Shown here piece after piece: positions 33,404-38,159 of a stretch of DNA of 38,159 bases. The stretch's first letter is position 1. Every line of letters starts with the position of its first letter. This DNA comes from Octopus bimaculoides. Lineage: Eukaryota. Both the position numbers and the translations under genes were made by a program. The DNA lies in the NCBI RefSeq assembly GCF_001194135.2, contig NC_068986.1:25144654-25182812 (forward strand). The letters are read 5' to 3'. Under the pieces are notes generated by a model. The model did no database searches, was not told the origin of the DNA, and saw only the letters and a list, made by a program, of their open reading frames with translations.

Positions 33404-33527
33404 CATCTGAAGTAAATCAGAACCACCAGATTCATTCATTGGCATCAGTTTTACTCTAACAGGAGAGTCTTTCTTTTTGCTTGAAAATTCTTGTTCTTCA
33501 AATAATTTAATTTTTTCTAAAAGTTCT
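33404..33527 (-). CDS. LZTFL1: LZTFL1 exon: (V)ELLEKIKLFEEQEFSSKKKDSPVRVKLMPMNESGGSDLLQM
   Basis: Poly-T CTAG acceptor, ATG|GTATGT donor, 124 nt, phase 2 to 0. Aligns with human ELLEQVAEFEK...KLAPLNEGGTAELLNK. Confidence 0.93.
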
Positions 33528-33619
33528 CTAGAAAAAAAAAAAACAATTAGATAGCAACAATACCAAAAAAATTATGCTTTATTTCAATTCAATTTAGGAC
33601 TACTTGTTTTTAGTCTTCA

Positions 33620-33806
33620 CTTCTGTCAGCCGTTGTCCGGCAGCCATGCTGGGGTACAGTTCTGAAGAACTTAAACGATCAGATTGATCTTGGTTTATAT
33701 TCCAAGGTCAGGTAGCTACTACATATTGGTCTCTTTTTGCTGAACTACTAAGTTACAGCAACAGAAACAAATCAACCTACTACTAGGAACATACTCAACA
33801 CTTAAA

Positions 33807-33810
<4 letters not shown>
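33620..33810 (-). mobile_element. Decayed SINE family B 3' half
   Basis: CAGCCATGCTGGG...GCTGAACTACTAAGTTACAG resembles the reverse of the family B 3' half. Confidence 0.55.
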
Positions 33811-33837
<27 letters not shown>

Positions 33838-33854
33838 TTATATATACATATATA

Positions 33855-34350
33855 TGAAATCGAAATAAATTGGACACTAAACTCCACTTGCGAAGACCTG
33901 TTGAGGCAAGTGAAATCGAAATCGAGTTAAATTGGACATGAAACTCAGCTTGCAAAGACTTATTGGGGCAAGCAAAAGCGAATTTGTGATGGCACCTGTG
34001 CCCAGCATTGCCTTTCTGGCACTTGTGCCCGCGGCATGTCTAAGGACTTTCGAGCGAGATCGTTGCCAGTGCCCCTGGACTGGCTCTTGTGCGGGTGGCA
34101 CATAAAATACACCATTTTGAGTGTGGCCGTTGCCAGTACCGCCTGACTGGCCTTCTTGCGGGTGACACGTAAAAGCACCCACTACACTCTCTGAGTGGTT
34201 GGCATTAGGAAGGACATCCAGCCGTAGAAACTCTACCAAATCAGATTGGAGCCTGGTGTAGCCATCTGGTTTCACCAGTCCTCAGTCAAATCGTCCAACC
34301 CATGCTAGCATGGAAGGCGGACGTTAAACGACGATGATGATGATGATGAT
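33855..34350 (+). mobile_element. RTE 3' UTR and tail copy
   Basis: Duplicated AAATTGGACA...AAGAC..GGCAAG segment of about 70 bp, then UTR hairpin units, tail and (GAT)n. Confidence 0.9.
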
Positions 34351-34359
34351 ATAATCTCG

Positions 34360-34870
34360 CAGAGGCTGAAGTCAGTGGTGTGATTAAAGTGCCCTAATGT
34401 GGAAAGGGTGCAGGGGAAGATGAAATTCAGTCTGAAATGCTAAAAGCCTCAAACAGGGAAGGTATTTCCTGGCTGACTTGTGTAAGGTGTCATGGTGGCA
34501 TGCACCTCTGGAAAGACACCAAAGCAAAGACAATCCAGATTGATAATCTCGACTTTTAAGAAGAGGGATAAGAGAGTGAGAGTGCTCTAACTAAAGAGGA
34601 ATCTCCTTGTTAAAGTCTATACTAGGTGTCTGGGAAAAAGATACAAGGAAATTGCCGAACTCAAGCTTGCTTACAAAACAGTGTGACTTCCATTCTAGAT
34701 GCGGCGCAACCAACCAGATATTCACTCTACAACAAATCTTTGAGAAATCAAGGGAACATTGTCAAGAGGTGTATGCTTACTTTGTAGACCTTGAAAAAGC
34801 ATGTGACTACATGTTACAGAACATGTTGTAGAGGACATTGCAGGAGTTTGGGATTAATGAGCACTTGAGG
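34360..34870 (+). mobile_element. Decayed RTE reverse transcriptase fragment
   Basis: GKGAGEDEIQSEMLKA...QCDFHSRCGATNQIFTLQQIFEKSREHCQEVYAYFVDLEKACD matches the RT Q-GF...DQIF-L-Q--EK...F-DLEKAFD motifs. Confidence 0.85.
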
Positions 34871-35410
34871 CGGTACCATGTAAAAAGCACCTAAGCTGGT
34901 GTCACACAAAAAGCACCTGTCCCAGTGCTACATAAAATACACCCATGTTGGTGCCATGTTGGAAGGCACTTATGCCAGTGTCACATAAGAAGCACCCAGC
35001 ACTCTCTGTAAAATGGTTGGCATTAAGAAGAGCATCCAACCATAGGAAGCACGCCAAAACAGACGACTGGAGCCTGGTGCAGATCTCCAGTTTGATAGCA
35101 TCTTATTTCTTTATTGCCCACAAGGGGCTAAACATAGAGGGAACAAACAATGACAGACGAACAGATTAAGTCGGTTACATCGACCCCAGTGCGTAACTGG
35201 TATTTAATTTATCGACCCCGAAAGGATGAAAGGCAAAGTCGACCTCAGCAGAATTTGAACTCAGAACATAACGGCAGACGAAATACCGCTAAGCATTTCA
35301 CCCGGTGTGCTAACGATTCTGCCAGTTCGCCGCCTCTAGTTTGATAGCTTCTGTCAAGCCATCCAACTTATGCCAGCATACAAAATGAACATTAAATGAT
35401 GAGGATGATC
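34870..35410 (+). mobile_element. RTE 3' tail interrupted by a SINE-A insertion
   Basis: The tail sequence stops at about 35097 and resumes at about 35338. TCTAGTTTGATAGC and TCCAGTTTGATAGC flank the SINE and look like a TSD. Confidence 0.75.
35098..35335 (-). mobile_element. SINE family A, full length, nested
   Basis: Nearly identical to 15376-15606 and 32563-32790. Confidence 0.9.
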
Positions 35411-35550
35411 GTGATGGTCATGATGAAAGTTATTCAGGCTTACCTCTTCTGAAGAACATCACCAACGTTTGAGCAAAACTGTGGCTGTGGAAAAATAATC
35501 ATAAAATTTGTATAACAAAGTAAATAGTGGAAAGTGGTCAGAATACTTAC

Positions 35551-35745
35551 ACATTCTCAAGTTCAGATATATCAGCCTTCAATTTCAAATGCCAGTTCTC
35601 CGATTGCTGGAACATTTGTCGCAAAAGCAATATGTTGGTATGAGCCATGTTAATCAGTTCTGACTCCATATCACCTCTAATCACTTGAAGTAGTCCATCT
35701 AACAATTCTTCAACTTCATAATTAGTGTAAGTATCTTCAGTGAGC
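35551..35745 (-). CDS. LZTFL1: LZTFL1 exon: (R)LTEDTYTNYEVEELLDGLLQVIRGDMESELINMAHTNILLLRQMFQQSENWHLKLKADISELEN(V)
   Basis: GTACTTTAG acceptor, GTAAGT donor, 195 nt, phase 2 to 2. Strong match to human RLVEDTFTIDEVSEVLNGLQAVVHSEVESELINTAYTNVLLLRQLFAQAEKWYLKLQTDISELEN. The N-terminal ~43 residues were not found in the window. Confidence 0.95.
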
Positions 35746-35889
35746 CTAAAGTACACAGAAAAATAATTACTATGCCAAAAGCGTATGCGAATGTGTGTGT
35801 GTGTTTAGAACCAAGAGGAAAAGTATGCAATACATGCTTTAGGTTTTATTTATTCATTTGAAGTTAAGCCTTCACACCAGTGTTACTCT

Positions 35890-37292
35890 GAGTTTCTCTA
35901 CATTCATTAAAGCTACTCAAAAGATGGACAAGAAGTAAGATACTCAGCTTTGAAGATATGCATATATATATATTGTGTTCTGCTACACAATGGTAACACT
36001 CTGCTTTCTGTTCCCATAGCTTATAGCACAACCATGAAAGAATCATATGTAAATCTGAAAGCAATTTTAACAAGAATACAGTATGATGACCATACCTGGC
36101 ATATGTGTGTAGATTTTAAGGCTGTGACCATGCTTACTGGCCTTCAGCTTGGCTGTACTAAATTTTGCTGCTTCCTGTGCTTATGGAATTCCAGAGCAAG
36201 AGCTGAACATTATGTATGCAAGGATTGGCCGATCCGAGATGAAATTGAACAAGGAAAACACATCATGCACAAACCACTTGTGAAAAGTGATAGAATTTTT
36301 TTACCACCTTTGCATATTAAACTTGGTTTGTTTAAGCAATTTGTGAAAGCCTTGGACAAGGAATCCTCCGCATTTGCATAACTTGCAGAAAAGTTCCCAT
36401 CCCTGAGTCAAGCTAAGATTAAAGAAGGTTTCTTCATAGGTCCCCAAATTCGGAAAATTGTACTGGATGAAACCTTCATCACACATCTCAAGAGAAAAGA
36501 GAGGCTTGCCTTTGAGTCATTCAAGAAAGTTTGCGACAACTTCCTGGGCAACCATCGTTCAGAAGACTATGTGCAAGTTGTGAATTATCTGCTGAGTTAT
36601 TATCATGATATGGGATGTAACATGTCTCTAAAAGTTCATGTGCTTCACTCTCATTTGGATTTTTTTTGCGGAAAATCTTGGTGATGTGAGAGATAAACAT
36701 GGCGAAAGATTCCACCAGGATATTTCAGTGATGGAACGACGATTCAAAGGAAAATGGAACCCTGGCATGTTGGCAGACTACTGCTGGGGTATGAAAAAAG
36801 AAGATCACACTCTGCACAAGGGGCTTAGACGGGCAAACGTTGTTGAAACTGACAGGTGTGTTTGTAATTCATAACCAATATATGTTTTGTTATAACAACT
36901 AAATTTTTTTTAGAAATAATACATTTCTAAATCTCTCAGAGAGATTTATGCAGTAGTGATACGACACAGGAAATGTCTCAAGGCCGACAGGAAGCGGTGC
37001 AGCTTCCTAGGTCTAACCAACAGTAGTATTATTCCCTTCAGGGAACTGTCACATTAAGTTGACAGCATACAACTACTTCAACTAAATTTTTGTTTTGTTT
37101 TTTGTAACTTTCAGCATTTACAATGTTGTGTTCAATACGCGATATTATGCAGTATATTATTAAACATATGGTTCATGGTACAGGAAAACGGTGCCTAATC
37201 TGGAGAAATAAAGGTCAGAATCAGAACCAGGACAATGTTTTGACTCAGAAACAAGTCTTACTTAACTTGTACTTGTTTTGAACTTGAAACTT
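35890..37292 (+). mobile_element. 5'-truncated DNA transposon, probably Chapaev3 (CMC superfamily), transposase pseudogene
   Basis: VLLHNGN...GLQLGCTKFCCFLCLWNSRAR...LPPLHIKLGLFKQFVKAL...KIKEGFFIGPQIR...NFLGN...GCNMSLKVHVLHSHLDFF/AENLGDVRDKHGERFHQDI...MLADYCW. One premature TAA (36379-81) and a frameshift in the T-run at about 36661-67. The family name comes from recalled motifs, not a search. Confidence 0.75.
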
Positions 37293-37299
37293 GTTGCAC

Positions 37300-37520
37300 A
37301 ATGAATACTTTTCTACTCTAGGCACAAGGCCCAAAATTTTGGGGGAGGGAGCCAGTAAATTAGATCAGCCCCAGTACGCAACTAGTACTTAATTTATCGA
37401 CCCCGAAAGGATGAAAGGCAAAGTCAACCTTGATGGAATTTGAACTCTGAATGTAAAAACAGACAAAATACTGCAAAGCATTTCGCCCAGCATGCTAATG
37501 TTTCTGCCAGCTCACCACCT
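37300..37520 (-). mobile_element. SINE family A
   Basis: CTCTAGGCACAAGGCCC...TTTATCGACCCCGAAAGGATGAAAGGCAAAGTC...CTGCCAGCTCACCACC. Confidence 0.88.
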
Positions 37521-37559
37521 TTTCAAGAGAAGAAATTACCAGCGATGGAGCAATGATAG

Positions 37560-37800
37560 ACATTCAGGATGCATGGAAGTGTAGGTGCAAGAATATGATG
37601 ACAGTGAAACTGAGATGAAAATAAGCAGCACGGCAGAGAAGGGTGAAGGTAGAGTGAACAGGAAACATTTGGTCTAATGCAACCTACTACACACGGGCTT
37701 CAAGATGGGCTGGGCGGGTCACATGATGAAGGAGTTAGTGAGGAGAATGGAAAGTAGTTGGGTCCTAAACCAGTGAACAGCACAAATGAGTATTGGCAAA
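37560..37800 (+). mobile_element. Possible decayed RTE C-terminal fragment
   Basis: KMGWAGHMMKELVRRMESSWV resembles the K--WAGH--R motif. Confidence 0.35.
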
Positions 37801-37877
37801 CAATACATATAATCAGAAAGGTGCAGCAGTGACAGACTTAGCCCTTTCTCTCTCTGCATAAATATATATATATATAT

Positions 37878-38159
37878 ATCATCATCATCGCTTAACGTCC
37901 GTTTTCCATGCTAGCATGGGTTGGACGATTTGACTGAGGACTGGTGAAACCAGATGGCTACACCAGGCTCCAATCTGATTTGGCAGAGTTTCTACAGCTG
38001 GATGCCTTTCCTAACGCCAACCACTCCGAGAGTGTAGTGGGTGCTTTTACGGGTCACCTGCACGAAGGCCAGTCAGGTGGTACTGGCAACGGCCACGCTC
38101 AAAATGGTGTATTTTATGTGCCACCTGCACAAGAGCCAGTCCAGGGGCACTGGCAACGA
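37878..38159 (-). mobile_element. RTE 3' tail copy running off the window
   Basis: CATCATCGCTTAACGTCCG...GCCAACCACTCCGAGAG...GAGCCAGTCCAGGGGCACTGGCAACGA. Confidence 0.9.

Noticed and set aside
35750-38159. First coding exon(s) of LZTFL1
   Set aside because: No segment resembling MAELGLNEHHQ...FAR..R...DSCF was found; this interval is occupied by transposon sequence.

Overview
AT-rich, repeat-dense eukaryotic scaffold segment with many N gaps. The repeat families, microsatellite load and gene content point to a coleoid cephalopod, probably Octopus (inference, not confirmed). The one host gene I can support is LZTFL1 (BBS17) on the minus strand. I traced eight coding exons by hand between 35745 and 21814; all have GT-AG introns and matching phases, and they encode about 260 C-terminal residues. 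The first coding exon(s) were not found and probably lie beyond the right edge. A compact housekeeping-type promoter (paired NRF1-like palindromes plus ETS, YY1, E2F and ZNF143-like motifs) sits at about 5.1-5.2 kb. It is followed by plus-strand exon-like segments with no evident ORF, a candidate lncRNA or long 5' leader pointing toward LZTFL1. The rest is mostly mobile DNA: about 20 5'-truncated RTE-LINE copies with a multi-hairpin tandem 3' UTR, three tRNA-derived SINE families, decayed mariner, Merlin and probable Chapaev3 transposases, hAT, pogo-like and fold-back MITEs, and a Penelope-type repeat carrying a degenerate hammerhead. No novel biological system is demonstrated. The best leads are the promoter and its apparently non-coding transcript, a perfect 69-bp inverted repeat, the hammerhead relic and a candidate poison exon in LZTFL1. 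Most long ORFs in the supplied track are N-gap or microsatellite artefacts. Repeat boundaries are approximate (about +/-20 bp); exon, TIR/TSD and palindrome coordinates were counted exactly.
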